Below the pieces are notes generated by a model. The model had not been told where the DNA came from and searched no databases. It saw nothing but the letters and a program-made list of their open reading frames with translations. From Paraspadella gotoi (lineage: Eukaryota; Animalia; Chaetognatha), in NCBI GenBank assembly GCA_051294375.1, contig CM119267.1, positions 9,915,458 to 9,979,457 on the forward strand: DNA of 64,000 nt, given 5' to 3'. How positions within the stretch are numbered: position 1 is the stretch's first letter; each line of letters starts with the position of its first letter. This document shows, in pieces, positions 41,124-54,261 of the stretch. Made by a program: the position numbers and the translations under genes.

Positions 41124-44100
41124 TTATTTTCTACAGTTTTTTCCTCCTTCCTAATCGCTCGCACTTGGGACAGGGCGTTTGATCTTCGATGGAGGAAGCG
41201 TCCTTATGAGGCTTAAATGGTTGATTGGCGAAACATTTGGAGTGAAAGCACGCATGACATGTTGCACACTAATAAAGGGAGAAAACGACTTCAAAATCAA
41301 ACTATCAAAGAATGCCGGGGTAGTAAATTTTACCTGAAATACTGAGGGCATCCATGGAAAAAAAATGTCGTTGTCGTTTTGACAGATTTCGCAAATATGA
41401 CCGCGGGCCAAACACAATTCACATTTGTCACAATGCAGGGAACATTCGAGAAATAAAGCTTGAAGTTGTTTCGTATACTCGGATGTTTTTATTCGCAAAA
41501 AGTCCTTTTAAGTTTACGTACAGATTAATATCGACTCTTTTTTAAATCTAAATAAATTTTACGAGTTGCTCACGTACCTGAATAGAGTAAACATCGGTTT
41601 CCTCAAAGAGGTGACGAGGAATCGACTTGAGCTTGTTCATTTCTCGCGATCCAAAGCGACAGGTTGACAAATATTTATAAACGTAATGCAAGCGATGTCT
41701 GAAATAATTGTACCAATTTCATAAGTTCAATTCGAAAAAAAAGCGATAAGCATTTATCTACTTAAAAGTATTATAGATTTCTTATTATATTTGTAACAAA
41801 TTAATAAGTCATTTTAGACTTTCGTGCTGTTAAGACTTACCTCAACTGCTCGATCTCCTTTAAAACTTTTACTTTGCGATATAACTTTGGATTTGTTGCA
41901 ATAACATTGAAAAGCGGCTCAGAGTGTACCTGTGAGCAAGTACGCATGTCAGAAAATTTTACAAAAGGATTATTAGTTTAAAGTATATATATATGTATCT
42001 TACTTTGAGTAACGTATCGCGGGCGAAATTAGATATCGGGTACTTGTTGAAGTCCCACTTATGCAAAATTCGGGCTGGTGACACAGTTGGGTCAAAAGGT
42101 AAGAAAAGAAAAAAAAGGAAAGAAAATAGTTCAATGAAGAAAAAATAACGTGAAGCACCTGGAATGACTGAAGTTTCGTTGGAATGACAGCAAGCACAAA
42201 AAAACTTGCCGAGATAGTGGCAATATCGCAGTCGCTTGGCAAAGGCCATCTCCACTTTGGCGCCGCAGCCAGCGCAACGAAAGTTTTGTTTGACGATTTG
42301 AACCTTCGGCTTTTCCATAATGTGGACGTTAAAGATGATTTGCTGCCTGTTAAAGGGAATAAACAAGTCTGAAGAAGGCTTTACGTAACAAAGTTTTACG
42401 ATAGACCCTATTACCTCGGCGGCGCCCATTCAAGGTTTCCTCGAATTCTAGTAGCGATTCCGATTTCAACCTCGTCTGGCGCGACGGCGATTGAATCGGG
42501 AAGAGGGAGAAGCGCTTGGGACACTTCCTCCTCAGACACCATCCATTCCAGTTCCGAAGCCTGAAAATGCAGATCACACCGCGATGATTTTTTTTCGGTT
42601 TCAACTAAGAATCGCAATCATTGTTTTTCATCGTGTTTCTTTTTAATTCCCTACCTTTGGCAACTGATGCTCTGAAAACTTCCGCAACAAATTTAGGGCG
42701 ACCACTTCGGCGGAAAGCGTGTTGGATGAAAACTCAGCATGAGAGCCGTGAATCCAAGCGGACGAAGGCGTTCGCCCGATGCTCACTCCTTCAGAAGACG
42801 TCAACGTATAACTTGTCCCAGAGGACCCGGCCCCAGATAATAATTCTTGATCTACGCTCGGCGCCGATCCAAAAGCTGAGGACAAGGACGTGGCGTCCGG
42901 CGCCGATTCGTCTTTTCCGGCGGCGCGACGCATCACGCCGGAACGAAGATCTACTCGTCGATGGGTAAAGTCGTCTTCGGAGGAATAGTCGGACGAAGAG
43001 AGGTCGGAGAATGCGGAGGAGGAATGAACAGAACTGAAGGGGGAACCTGAGGGAGAAAACAATGACGTTAAGGGAAAAACAAGGGATATGGTATGTCTTA
43101 CTAATGTTACCCGTAGTGGCCGTTTCATAATCGTTAAAACCGTCTCCCGCATCCCGTTCGAGCTCTATTCGCCTCTCTTCGATTTTCCGGCTAAGCGCTT
43201 TAATTTCGGGGTCTTCATTTGCACGCGGATTCCAGGACGCGCCGTGGAAGAAGTAAGAATTGCATCGCATTTGTTCGAAGGCGGCAATGAGGGCTTCGCA
43301 GATGGCAAAGTGGGCGTTTTCTTTGTCTAGCTCGGCGCAGGTTATCGTATCCTAAAAGATATAAAAAACATTTTATATAAAAATACCTTCAGATTCTTTA
43401 AAAAAATATGAACCTGAGCGGCGAGAAATCCTAAAAGACTTTCTCCCTCTTTTGGTTTGGAAAATCCGAATGGCAACGACTCCCTCCGTCCATATTGATC
43501 GATTCTCTCATCCTGGATAGAGAAACCGTTTTAGATCATAATGGAACATTTTTTAGGACATTAAATATAGACCCTGGCTTAATATTAAAAACTTACTTTG
43601 GTGGGTAAGCTGAGCTCCATAGTCCGTTCTTTCTCTGGCTCGACATCGTTTTCTTCTGCGAAAGCTACTTTAAAGTCCTCCAAAGCCGCGTCTTCGCAGG
43701 CAACCAGAGTGTTGACACTTATTGTATCGGATCCGGAGTTGGGCCTAGAACGCGCGCGCCGACGATCGCGAATCTCTAAAGACGTGATACCGTTTAAAAA
43801 AGTGTCGGTACTGCTGGCGTCGTCGTCGAGACCACCGTCTTCTTCGTCTACGGACATGTTAGGTCCTTCTTCTTGGCCGACGGGGTTCGCGCCGCTACGG
43901 GCGAAATCCCAAGTCGCTTCGTCTCGTTTATAGTCCCCGTTAACGACGTCGTTTTTTTGGTCATTTTCACTTTCATTCGTTATTTCCTCGACCGGGGACG
44001 ACTCCAAGTCCGAGAAGTTCTTCGGCTCAATCTCCGGAATCGCAGAACTCGCTCGAGCGATCGTCGATTCCAAAGTTCTCGTCTCAAAGTCAAGAGATCG

Positions 44101-47100
44101 AGCGCGGACGGGACGGCGCGTGATATTGTCTCCATCACGCGGAACGAAGGACTGGCTAAGCAGCCTCAATTCGCTGGACTGTCTCGCCGAAGAATCTGGA
44201 AATATAAAAAAAATAATACTTTAAAGTATTTTCATTTTTCAATTAGTTTTGTGCAGTGTGCACTCACCTTCTGCCCCATACATGAGAGGGTACAGCACCG
44301 GATTAATGTCGGCTAAAAGTAAAGAGGAATTGTGTTCGACGGCAGTGAGGCAGATCAGCATGACGGAGACGAACTTGGAATCGAGGAGGAAAGCATCTTC
44401 CTCATAAAACTCCTCGAGGAATTTCTGGTCGGAGGTGAGACTTCGCAACTGAGACGTGATGTTGTGGTCTCTAAGTGCCCGGCGGAGCCACGTCAGTCCC
44501 ATTCTCATCCCAGCTCCCATGGGCGAGTGGGAGACCGGGGACTAAAGAAAATTTAAAAAAGTGGAAGATGATGCAGGGTTGGGAGGAGAGCGTGTCAGCT
44601 CCGTCACCAATGGTGCTGCTTATTCCTGGACAAGCACCCAAGTATGATGTACTATCCTCTACCTCATTAAAGGCACATAGTATAACGTTGTGATTTAAAA
44701 ACCAAAACAGGCGATCCTGGAGTTGAATACGTTCTGGAGGCTTATGGGAAAATGAAAAAAAAAGATCTTATTTTTAACTTTAAATTATTTTTATATTTAA
44801 TCATAATTTATTCTTAACCTTAATTTTCTATAAGCTTAACTTACTATTAACTATAACAATCATTATTTAAATATTAATAATAATAACAAATATTAAAAAA
44901 TTATGATATCTGAATTCCTTTAATTTTTATTTTCTTCTTCCATTCTCGTTCAATTTCTCTTCCTTTTCCATTAATTTATTTTTTAAAATATTTTGCTCTT
45001 CATTTTCCCATAAGTAGAAATCTACTATGAAATTAAATTCAATAGGGGCGGGGGTTCAAAACTTTAGTCTTGAAGTCTACTTTTAGGAAAAAAAGAATTT
45101 TTTAAAAAAGTTCGATTTTAATGCTTTTATTGTTGCTATTAAAATTACAATATTACTACTATATAATGATAAAACATTTTTTAAATCAATCTTAACTTTT
45201 TTGATGGATTCTGATAGAGCATAAAAAGTTAGATAAAAAATTTAACTACAACTTTCGAAAATGGTCAAAATTAAGAAAAAGTAATAAAATTATTGAAAAA
45301 TGATGATGATGATGATTATAAATAGTTTTTCATATTTTTCACATACTTATGGTCAAAATATCGAAAAAAGAATTATACTTTGTGTAGACAACTTTTTGCA
45401 AGCTACCTGAATCTGATCTTAAAAATCAAAAAATCCAAAAAAAATTTTAGCCTTTCCTATTTATAAATAAATATTAAAAAATTAATATATGGAGTATGGA
45501 GTAATATAAAAAAATTTTGTCTATTCAAATTTTTTAAAAAATGTCTAAATTTTCGTTTGAGCAGGTGCTTAATTCAATTTCTTTACCACCTTACTGAGTT
45601 AGTCTCCCCCTACCATAAGCCTCCAGAGCGTATTTAACTCCAGGAATGCCGATAATTTTTTTTACCGATGCATCGATGGTCTCCGCGGTTTCGAATTCGG
45701 GGCTTTTCAAAATATTGCGACAAGTGGCAGCATGGATGACGGGCCAAAACCCGCTTTGCCAAAAGTCTTCTCGGGGGATTAGACGGTGAGTCAAGATGTT
45801 TTGAACTGACATTTGTAGGCGATCCCAACCTGTTAGATGATTAGTGAATAAGATATAAGACAAAAATTTTACACAAAAAAAAAATAATAAAAAAATAAAA
45901 AAACGTTACTATAAAAAAAATTAATGAAAAAATCCTAAAAAAACGAATGATTGATGTAATAATAATTGATTGATTTAAAAATAATTGAATGATTGATATA
46001 ATAATAATTGATTGATATAATAGTAATTTATTATTGATGCGATGATGAACAAATATTGATGCGATAACCAAATATTGATGCGATAATAACCAAATATTGA
46101 TGCGATGATAACAAAATGTTGATGCGATGATAATCATTCATTCCTATGGTTATACACTTGAGTGGAGTACTGAAAAACAAAAAAATTATTTGAATGATTG
46201 AACAAAAATATTTAGATGTAAGATAGTATGATTAATTAGTACAAAAAATATTTATTCATAGTCTCGGGAACAGAATAATAAAATATAATATATTTATAGT
46301 AATATTCTTATAAAATAGTAAATTTTAAAAATATTTTTTTAAATACTTTTAATAAAGATTTAGATTCTTCATAAAAAGTTGAATCAAAAATATAAAACAT
46401 GTTATCAAAAATTCTGTCATTTTTAGCATTTAAAATGAGAAGAAAAAAATTAATAACTTTTTTATTCTTTGTAGTAAAAACTTATATATATTAAATCATT
46501 TCAATCATTTTTTACGATCTAAACATTAAAATATCATATAAGTATTCCCCGATCTAATACTTAAGGGAGTGGTCTTTTCATACAATTGAAACATTCTTTG
46601 AAATATTTTCCACTTCATTGATAGGGAAGCCAGGTACTCTGGGAGTGAATAAACGAGACTGTGAGAGAGTCTTGATTGAAAGCTTGCAGGGACCTGCTAT
46701 GTCATTATCTTGTAAGAGTGATGGAGGCCTTAAACCACCAAAGCCTGTCCAAAGTCAGGGGCAAGATAGCTTATTTATTAAATGAATGGATAATTTTTAT
46801 ATTGGTTGTACCAATTTCATAACATATTTTATAAAAGTTTTAGTTTTTTATGGCGAATCCAAATTTGTTTTTAAAAATTAAAAACAATTATTTTAAAATT
46901 TAACAATTTTATAAAGATATTACTACATAAATAATTGAATTTACTATACTATTATACTAAAAAAAATTTTAAAAGGATTTAAAATTTATATGTCCATAGT
47001 AAGGTGTAGTGAAAGTTACATACGAAAATTCTAAAAGTCAATTATGAACAACATACCATCAGTGAACATTAATTTGTAAAAAAAATTCATTTTATGTTTT

Positions 47101-47912
47101 TTAATTTTCACAGTAGGCTATATTTATATATAGTACTATCCTTATAAAATTGAAAATTTTCAAAATAAGCTTTTCTTAATTTTGATTGCAGATTTGAATT
47201 CCTCGTCAAAAATTAATAAAAGAAAATATAAATCAGTTTTAAAATTTCTTTCATTAAGTGGGTTAAAAATTAAAAAAACTATATTTAATATATAAAAAGT
47301 TAATTTTTAGTTTAAAATATAGCTTTTTCTAACTTTTGACCCACTTAATGAAGGAATTTTTTAAAAAGAGTTATATTTCTTTTTAACTGATCAACTTTTT
47401 ATGACGAATCCAAATCTTCAAAAAAATCTTAGAAAAAACTGTTTTGAAATTTTAACATTTATTGATTTAGTACTAGTATAAATATAGCCTACTGCGTAAA
47501 TTGTAAAATTTATTATAAATTTTTTTATTACATAAATGTTTATTAATATAATATTGTTCGTTCCTCACTTTTAGAATTTTAATTAAAGTTAAATTTAGAA
47601 ATTTTACTACGCCTTAATCCATAGGCAGCAAAAAAACAATGTTCAATCGCTCAATCTTTTCATCACTTCACCCTATTATACACTTGAGCTATTTCCAATA
47701 ATAAAACAGTGTGACGACGACGACAACAATGACGACTACGGTCAAAGAAGCAGAAATGAATTAAAATCTCGCCCAAGTCGAGCTTTCGCCCGTCTGGCGA
47801 GATAAAAACTACCTCCACAAGTATTCCAAACATTAAAGGCTCCAATTGCCAATAATCCTTCAGCCGTCGACTTTAAGTTGCGAAGCAACTCTGGTTTCGT
47901 AGACGAGTTCAT
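41124..47912 (-). CDS. RUBCN: Rubicon (RUN domain + Rubicon-homology zinc-binding domain), multi-exon
   Basis: LLRNLKSTAEGLL..NVW..GG, LDKENAHFAICEALIAA, SAEVVALNLLRKF..LPKASELEWMV, RIRGNLEWAPPR, QNFRCAGCG, YCHYLGKFFCACCH and CPKCER. Confidence 0.9.
44716..45645. mobile_element. MITE with ~33-bp TIRs in a RUBCN intron
   Basis: TCCTGGAGTTGAATACGTTCTGGAGGCTTATGG and its near-perfect reverse complement at ~45613-45645. An internal block is shared with ~18527-18600. Confidence 0.7.
47110..47495. mobile_element. Foldback/MITE (TIR CAGTAGGCTATATTTATA) nested in RUBCN intron 1
   Basis: Inverted repeat 47111-47138 versus 47468-47494, with further imperfect outer inverted blocks to ~46990 and ~47625. 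Confidence 0.55.
47660..47808 (-). mobile_element. HINE-like family B 5' end (its 3' part probably at 45840-46140)
   Basis: TTTTTATCTCGCCAGACGGGCGAAAGCTCGACTTGGGCGAGAT plus GTC microsatellite. The family's tandem repeats recur at 45950-46140. Confidence 0.6.
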
Positions 47913-48644
47913 TTTCTGACGATTCAAATGTTTATCGACTCAGCCGAATAATTCTTTTTCTTTTCTAGGTCATTTTTTCTTGATAAATGCTTCGACACAG
48001 TTCTAAAATAAGATTCAAAATATTGAAGAAGAAATAGGCAAGTTTTAACAACTGACTATATTTGTTCGAGTATTTATTACAATTCAACATTTTATATAAA
48101 ATCCGTCTCATTTCTGGAAATAAAAAACCGTATTTAACAATTGATAAAGATAATAAAAAATCCGAACGGCAAAAACGACTACTTCATGTAAAATAAATCA
48201 CAATTTGCTTTCATGATTGAGATAATAAAAAAATTATAACATCAGCCTTTGGAATTAATTACGTTTGGCTTGACCCGCAAGACCCGGAATTAACTGATTA
48301 GTTTAAATTTGAAAATGATTAGAATAATGCAATCATAAAGAGTGGGCCAGTTTTGTAAAACACTTCTCTGGATAATTTTTTAAAAAATTGCTCCAAGCTC
48401 ATTTTCATTTCTTATTTTTTTAAATAATTACTTTTGGTAGAACAAAAACGTGAGAAAGTTTCAAACGACAAATAATCTCTTTTTATTCTATGAGCGCGAA
48501 AAACAGTTAATGTCCTGAGATTTCTACTACATCATGGAACCACCCAGTAGATGCAAAGAAAAAAAAAAAAAAAACAGGTCCAGAATTCTACAGTTTTAGA
48601 TAATAATCATGCTTTTTGAGACCGATGTAAAACACCTTGTACAA

Positions 48645-51600
48645 CTAGGATGGCTTGAGGATACCAACTTCAACTTGGTCGACATCCGCATCGAGCAACG
48701 GATCTTCGACCTCACGCCGAATTGCTGGCGCCGCAGCATTATTAAGGTTAAGATCTTGTTGCGGCGGAGGCGAAGGGCTATTGGCCGCCATCGACTTAAG
48801 CTCACTCTCGACGGGGGCTGGGTGTGCACTGGCCCTCCTTCGCCCGCCGACTGCTCCGCTCGCATGAGGCGCCGGAGAAGAAGAAACTCGACCGCGAGAG
48901 GTGATTCTGTTCTTAGCGGAATGCGCGAGAGGGCCGAGTTGCTTCTGCTGCATCCGGCAGAGGGTAAGCATTCGATGCAATTGAGGCTCGACGTCGCCCA
49001 GATATGGACGCTCAAACTGGTCGCCTTTCCAACACCGCTCCATCAGTTCCCAACATTCGTCGGTGAACTGCGAGAGGCGCTCGGGGCGCGCACCCTTTTT
49101 GACGGAATTCCACAGCTGATCCTTGTTTGCGCATTGCTCGAATCTGTAGGGGAGCTTGACGTGACCGGCGCAAATGTACCAGAAAAGAATGCCAAAGGCA
49201 TAGGTGTCCACGCTGCCATCGTATCTTCCAGAGAAAAGCTCCGGGGCCATATGAATCGGCGTCCCTACTATGGAACCTGACATCATGGCTTCCGGTTTAC
49301 AAAATCCTAAATCCGTTATTTTCCCACGGCTGTACTTGTCCAGGAGGACGTTTTTAAGCTTGATGTCGCGATGAACCAGTCCCTGACTGTGCAGAAAGCG
49401 AATTCCTTCCACCACGTCGACTGCCACTTGTAGACGATGTTCCCATTCTAAACCCGTTTTAATAGCTGTGTAAAGATCGCGCTGCATGCGGTCCATAACT
49501 AGTAACACCGCTGGTGAACATCCCCCGCCGTAGGAATAGTCGATGACGGAACCGCGGATCATGACGATTCTCTCGTGATGAGGTACGTTTTTTGTGTAGT
49601 AAAACTCCAGAGCAAGGTCATTCCAGTGTTTGTCGTCAGGCGGAACGACCGATTTGATGGCGCACCCATGCAAGCCAGCCCAGTTGTCGCAAGAGTAGAC
49701 GACTCCGTATTGACCTCGACCCAATTCACGGCCCAGAGATGGCATACCAAAAAGAACGAGGTCCTTGAGGGAAGTGCTCTCCAATGCTAGTTTAGCGACT
49801 TTCGGGGCATGAACTTTTCTCAATTTGATTTGTTGTTCGACCGTTCGTTCCAATCGGCCGAAATGTCTTGACTCCAGCTGCCTGAGTGAGCTAAGAAAGT
49901 TGTCGTGGGATCTGTAGAGGCGATCCTTGAACTGCGAGCATATAGAGCGGGCCAACCGTGACTCCGAGAGGCTGCTAATCATATCCTGAGCGATCTTCTC
50001 CTTCCACTCACGATTGATGCAAGGAGGTGTTGTCCAAGGCAAGGTTTGGATTATTTGACGCATCTTTTCCAATAAAACGTGAAGGAAGGAGGCAGAAGTT
50101 TTGACGGTGACTTCCACCTGATAGGCGGCGTTGATAATATCTTTAAGAGCGTCGGAAGCTGCAATGCCCCCGGGGCCAGAATCTGGTCCCTCGTTCTTCT
50201 CTAGGCTCTCGAGACAGCGTTGCAAGGTGCCGGTAAAGGATTCCTTCAGAATTTCCACCGAAGCGACCAGCTTCCCGGCAAACGAGTTGTTGATGCGTGA
50301 AAGAACGAGATCTTGAATTTGACCAGTGCAAGTCTTTAAATCACGTACAGAGTTCACTTGGCCTTCCGGTGTCACAGTTACACCGATGAATGCGTATTCC
50401 GCAGCTTCCTTGATTAAGTCTTCGGCATTACTTTCTATGGTTTCTAGGATAAGCTGACGAATCTCTTCTTGCTTGTTACTGGCTATCTCCATAAGAGACT
50501 CGTAAAGTCCCAACTCTTTGGTTTTGGCATACTCGATGCGCTTCGGCGTCACAATCATATCGCGTTGCATGTCGAAAGCGGTGTCGATAAAAAGGCCGAG
50601 ACATCGAGCTTGAGCAGAATGGAGGTTATTGGCAGCGAGAACGAGTTGTTGCTTTAGTACGTGCCTGCTAAAGCTAACAATCTGGTATACGTCGTCAAAT
50701 CTCTCCACAAAACGGGAATTAACGACGTAGGGTTCGGAAGGGTCGCGTCTTCTGATTGGTTGCTCGGCCGGAAGGAGGCTGAGAAAGTTCAGCTCACAAA
50801 GTTGTTGAAAAATAGTGAAGGAAGGCACAGAATTTGACGTTGTTCGCTCATGAAGTTGCTGAATATAAAGCTGACTGAATTGGAGAACTGGGTTGGGACC
50901 TGGGTTTTGGTTGTCATCGCTGGACGAGCTGGTGCCCCCACCTACATAAAGGCGTTATAATTAATTCAATTTGGAAGCTGTTGAGGGTTTGTCCCACTAT
51001 TAGGCTCTCATAACCTGCACTAAGCACTAATCATACTAGCAAATCTGAGTATTCAGTAAGTTACTATCATTCGAAGTAAAAGTGTACCTGAGGTTTCAAC
51101 TTCGATAGCGTCTTTGCCAAATTGTACGGATTTGTCGCTGCACGAAGACTCCTCAGTAATTTGCTCCAAATTTCTGTAATTTATCCATATAACTTTCATA
51201 TATAAACATTAAACAACCAACCAATTATATGACTACCATTAAACAAACCACCAAATATAATTATAATTATTATATTGCGATGATAAAGACTCGAAAAACT
51301 AGAGTCGAAACATGTACGGTTTTTTTTTGCATATAAACCCGTGGTTTGTAAACAAATAAACTTATTTTTCTCTCTATTGTTGGACATTATATTATATTAA
51401 AAATATTAAAATAAAAAAATAATTCCCAGCCAAAAGCCCAGGTGGTTTTAAAAATAAAATATGTTGTAAAAAAACTCATTTAACAATTTACCAAAATTGT
51501 AAAACATCTTCTGTTCTTACCCTGCGTTGTATATAAAAGCTTTGGATCTTCTTCTTTGGTCGGGGTTCGGTTCGGCAGGCGATTTTACGCTTTGCATTAA

Positions 51601-52742
51601 GGCGTTGGCCGTCAAATTGCTGATCATCGCATCTCGTTCAGATTCCGTCAAATCTGATGAAAGAGAAACATATGGACAAAACCTTCAAATAAGAGCTTTT
51701 TCCCCCGCCGAAACCGCTCACCCGACATGGGCGGGAAGGGAATCCGCACGAAAAAGACTGGAGCGGAGGGACAAAGAGATTTGATCGTCGTCAGTTCAAT
51801 AATGTCCTTCTCAAAGAGCGTGTCGAACAAAATACAATAGACGATGATGGGGATGATGTTGTTAGTGCACTTAGAAAATTCGTATTGGACTCGACCGGGT
51901 GACTGGTAGGTTGAAGAAAAGAAGGAGGGAGAAACGATGATTTGGGCGCCGTCCTTCAGGACAGAATGGTTGAGAGAGACTTCTAGGCAGGCGGAGCCTT
52001 TGGCCAAGTCGGCGTCGGCCGACTCTGACAGCTCCAAATCGGCGTTGGGCAGCGTCCGCCAGGGCTGGTCGTAGGCGGCCAGGTGATCGGCCAATTCGAA
52101 ATCAACAGAGAGTGAGAGTCCCACCGCCTGTCGCGGTCCGTATTTGAACCTATAAAAAGGATTAATCGGGTTTTAAGTAGAAAATGGAATAAGCAAAAAG
52201 GTGGCAAACTTACCGAACCATTCGCCAGTGCGAACTGGCTTCGTAGGCTTTCAGCGCCGGCAAAACGGGTTGGCCGAGAATCTCGTTGACGACCATTGCC
52301 TTGGCGTAGGCAGTTTGTCCAAACACAACGTAGCTGGGTAGGCGACCGATGACGCGCGATACTATTTTGTATTCGTTATCTTGAAATTCCACCTTCGGCA
52401 AGGGCACCTGCGAAGTCGCGCTCTCCGTGCTCTCAATGAAACAGTTTTGATTGCTGTAATTGATGTCGTTGAAAAGGTTGCGAGTATCCTGCAATACGGG
52501 GATAAAAAACTATATTCGCGGACGAAGCAAAATAAATTTTGTAATATTGAGTTATGTACCTTTAGGAGAACCTTGAGTCGTTTAGTTTGTTTGATAAACC
52601 TTGACATTTCCGTGGGAAGTGCGTTGGCAACGGTATTTCCGGTGGATCCGACATTTCCGGTACCTCCTTGAGTCGTCGCGACATGACCAGAGGTCGAAGT
52701 GGTTGAGGCGTGGCGGCGCGGTGTCGCTCCGATGCCTTGCAT
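48645..52742 (-). CDS. DSTYK: Dual serine/threonine and tyrosine protein kinase (RIPK5), ~5 exons
   Basis: FDMQRDMIVTPKRIEYAK, ELGRGQYGVVY, KSVVPPDDKHWNDLALEF, HRDIKLKNVL and DLGFCKPEAMMSGSIVGTPIHMAPELF. Confidence 0.95.
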
Positions 52743-53119
52743 GGTGCTTTTTAAAAAATTGTGTTGGATTATGCAAATAGTGTTATTGAACAAAATTGAA
52801 ATGTTAATCACGCTGCAGCTTTAAAAAGATGATTGTCTTTGATTTTCAGCTAATACTTTGTATAAATCGTGGACCTAAAAAGAGGGTAATCAAACCGCTC
52901 CATTCTTGATGAAAGGACGGAATAAATGTGACGACTAGGAAAAAAAAATCAGATTTCCGAAAATATTCACGAACATGCGGTGAATCCAATTTCATTTTTT
53001 ATAAATATTTGTTATAAAAACAGTTGGCAAGTAAAGAGCAAATAGCTGCTGTGCTAAGGCTGGTGTACTGTAAAGGTTTAATAAAGAATTAGAGATCACG
53101 TATCAAGTTTCTCGGATTA

Positions 53120-53962
53120 CTAGTGGTTAAATCCGATACCTTGCTCAGTCCTTTGTGCCAATTCTCTCCCCCTCTCGCAGACCTTTTTGCATTGTTTTAA
53201 AACATTGAGCAAATCTTTGTCGACTGAATCCAAATAAGTCTCGCTAGTGGTAGACGGCATCGTCCAGTACTCATTTCCAACCCACTTGCCCACTTCGGAG
53301 CAAAGATGATTGAGATATCTTCCGTGAGCCACTCCCTCGCCAGCGATATCTTGCTTTTGGTCCACGAGGCTATCGAGATCAGAGAAAGCCTCTTGAATTG
53401 ACACCAAGGCCTTTGCACTGCCATCAGCGTCGACTTCTAAACGTTCCGTGGGCCATCCATCGAGAGATTGTAAATTGGGCAACAGGTCGAGGATCTCCTT
53501 TCGATACCCGACGCTCCGACAAATTGGGTTGGTGTACAGTTGAAGTTCGCCGGTATCAGCGGCCTCTCCGGACGAAGGAACACGCGTCTGCTCAAAGTAA
53601 ACCGTCTTCAGACGGGGTAGCATGGACAAACAAGCAACGGAACTCTGCCGAGTGATGAGATTTCCCGCGACGTTGAGATAAACCAAATTGTCGAGAGTGT
53701 GAAGGCCTTCGAGATCGGCGAGGCGGTTTGCAGCAAGATCGAGATGGGTTAGGTTAAGAAGGGTGCTTAGGCCGCAAAGACGTGACACTTCATTAAAGGA
53801 AATGTTTAAGATTTCGAGGGAGGAACACTGTCCCAAAGCGCCGACGTCATGAATTCGGTCGCGACTCAAGTCGAGAACGCGAATGCTCTCTATTTCGAAT
53901 TCGCCTGAACGAAGTTTTAAAAACTTCGCATCGACTTTGCCCTTCACCACGCAAACATCCAT
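53120..53962 (-). CDS. LRRC61: Leucine-rich repeat protein with LRRcap (LRRC61-like)
   Basis: LKLRSGEF.IESI N-terminus, SDS22-like repeats and NPIC....YR..I...LPNLQSLDG cap. Confidence 0.72.
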   Translation of the reverse strand: MDVCVVKGKVDAKFLKLRSGEFEIESIRVLDLSRDRIHDVGALGQCSSLEILNISFNEVSRLCGLSTLLNLTHLDLAANRLADLEGLHTLDNLVYLNVAGNLITRQSSVACLSMLPRLKTVYFEQTRVPSSGEAADTGELQLYTNPICRSVGYRKEILDLLPNLQSLDGWPTERLEVDADGSAKALVSIQEAFSDLDSLVDQKQDIAGEGVAHGRYLNHLCSEVGKWVGNEYWTMPSTTSETYLDSVDKDLLNVLKQCKKVCERGRELAQRTEQGIGFNH

Positions 53963-54261
53963 TATAGTTGCTTTGTTGTTAAATTAAGAGCACTCGACAA
54001 AATCATTTTAGACATAATTGAGCTGGAAAAAAAGCAAAATAATTGTAAAACTTTTTTAAAATAGTCTCATACACTTGGTATCCGTAAATCAAAATGCTAC
54101 ACATCTAACAAAAAATCTCTGAACAAAACATGCAAATTATAATTACCTTGTTCTGAATATAAAATACACGGGAAGCTGCTTAAAATTATCTGGACACAAT
54201 TCAAACTTGCCCACAAAGTCTCAAAAATTGTCCCTTATAGTTTGAGAAGAAAAGAAAGCGC

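Noticed and set aside
45591-45663. RUBCN exon 2 extension ...IPGVKYALEAYGRG
   Set aside because: It lies past the donor at ~45664 and is the TIR of a MITE.
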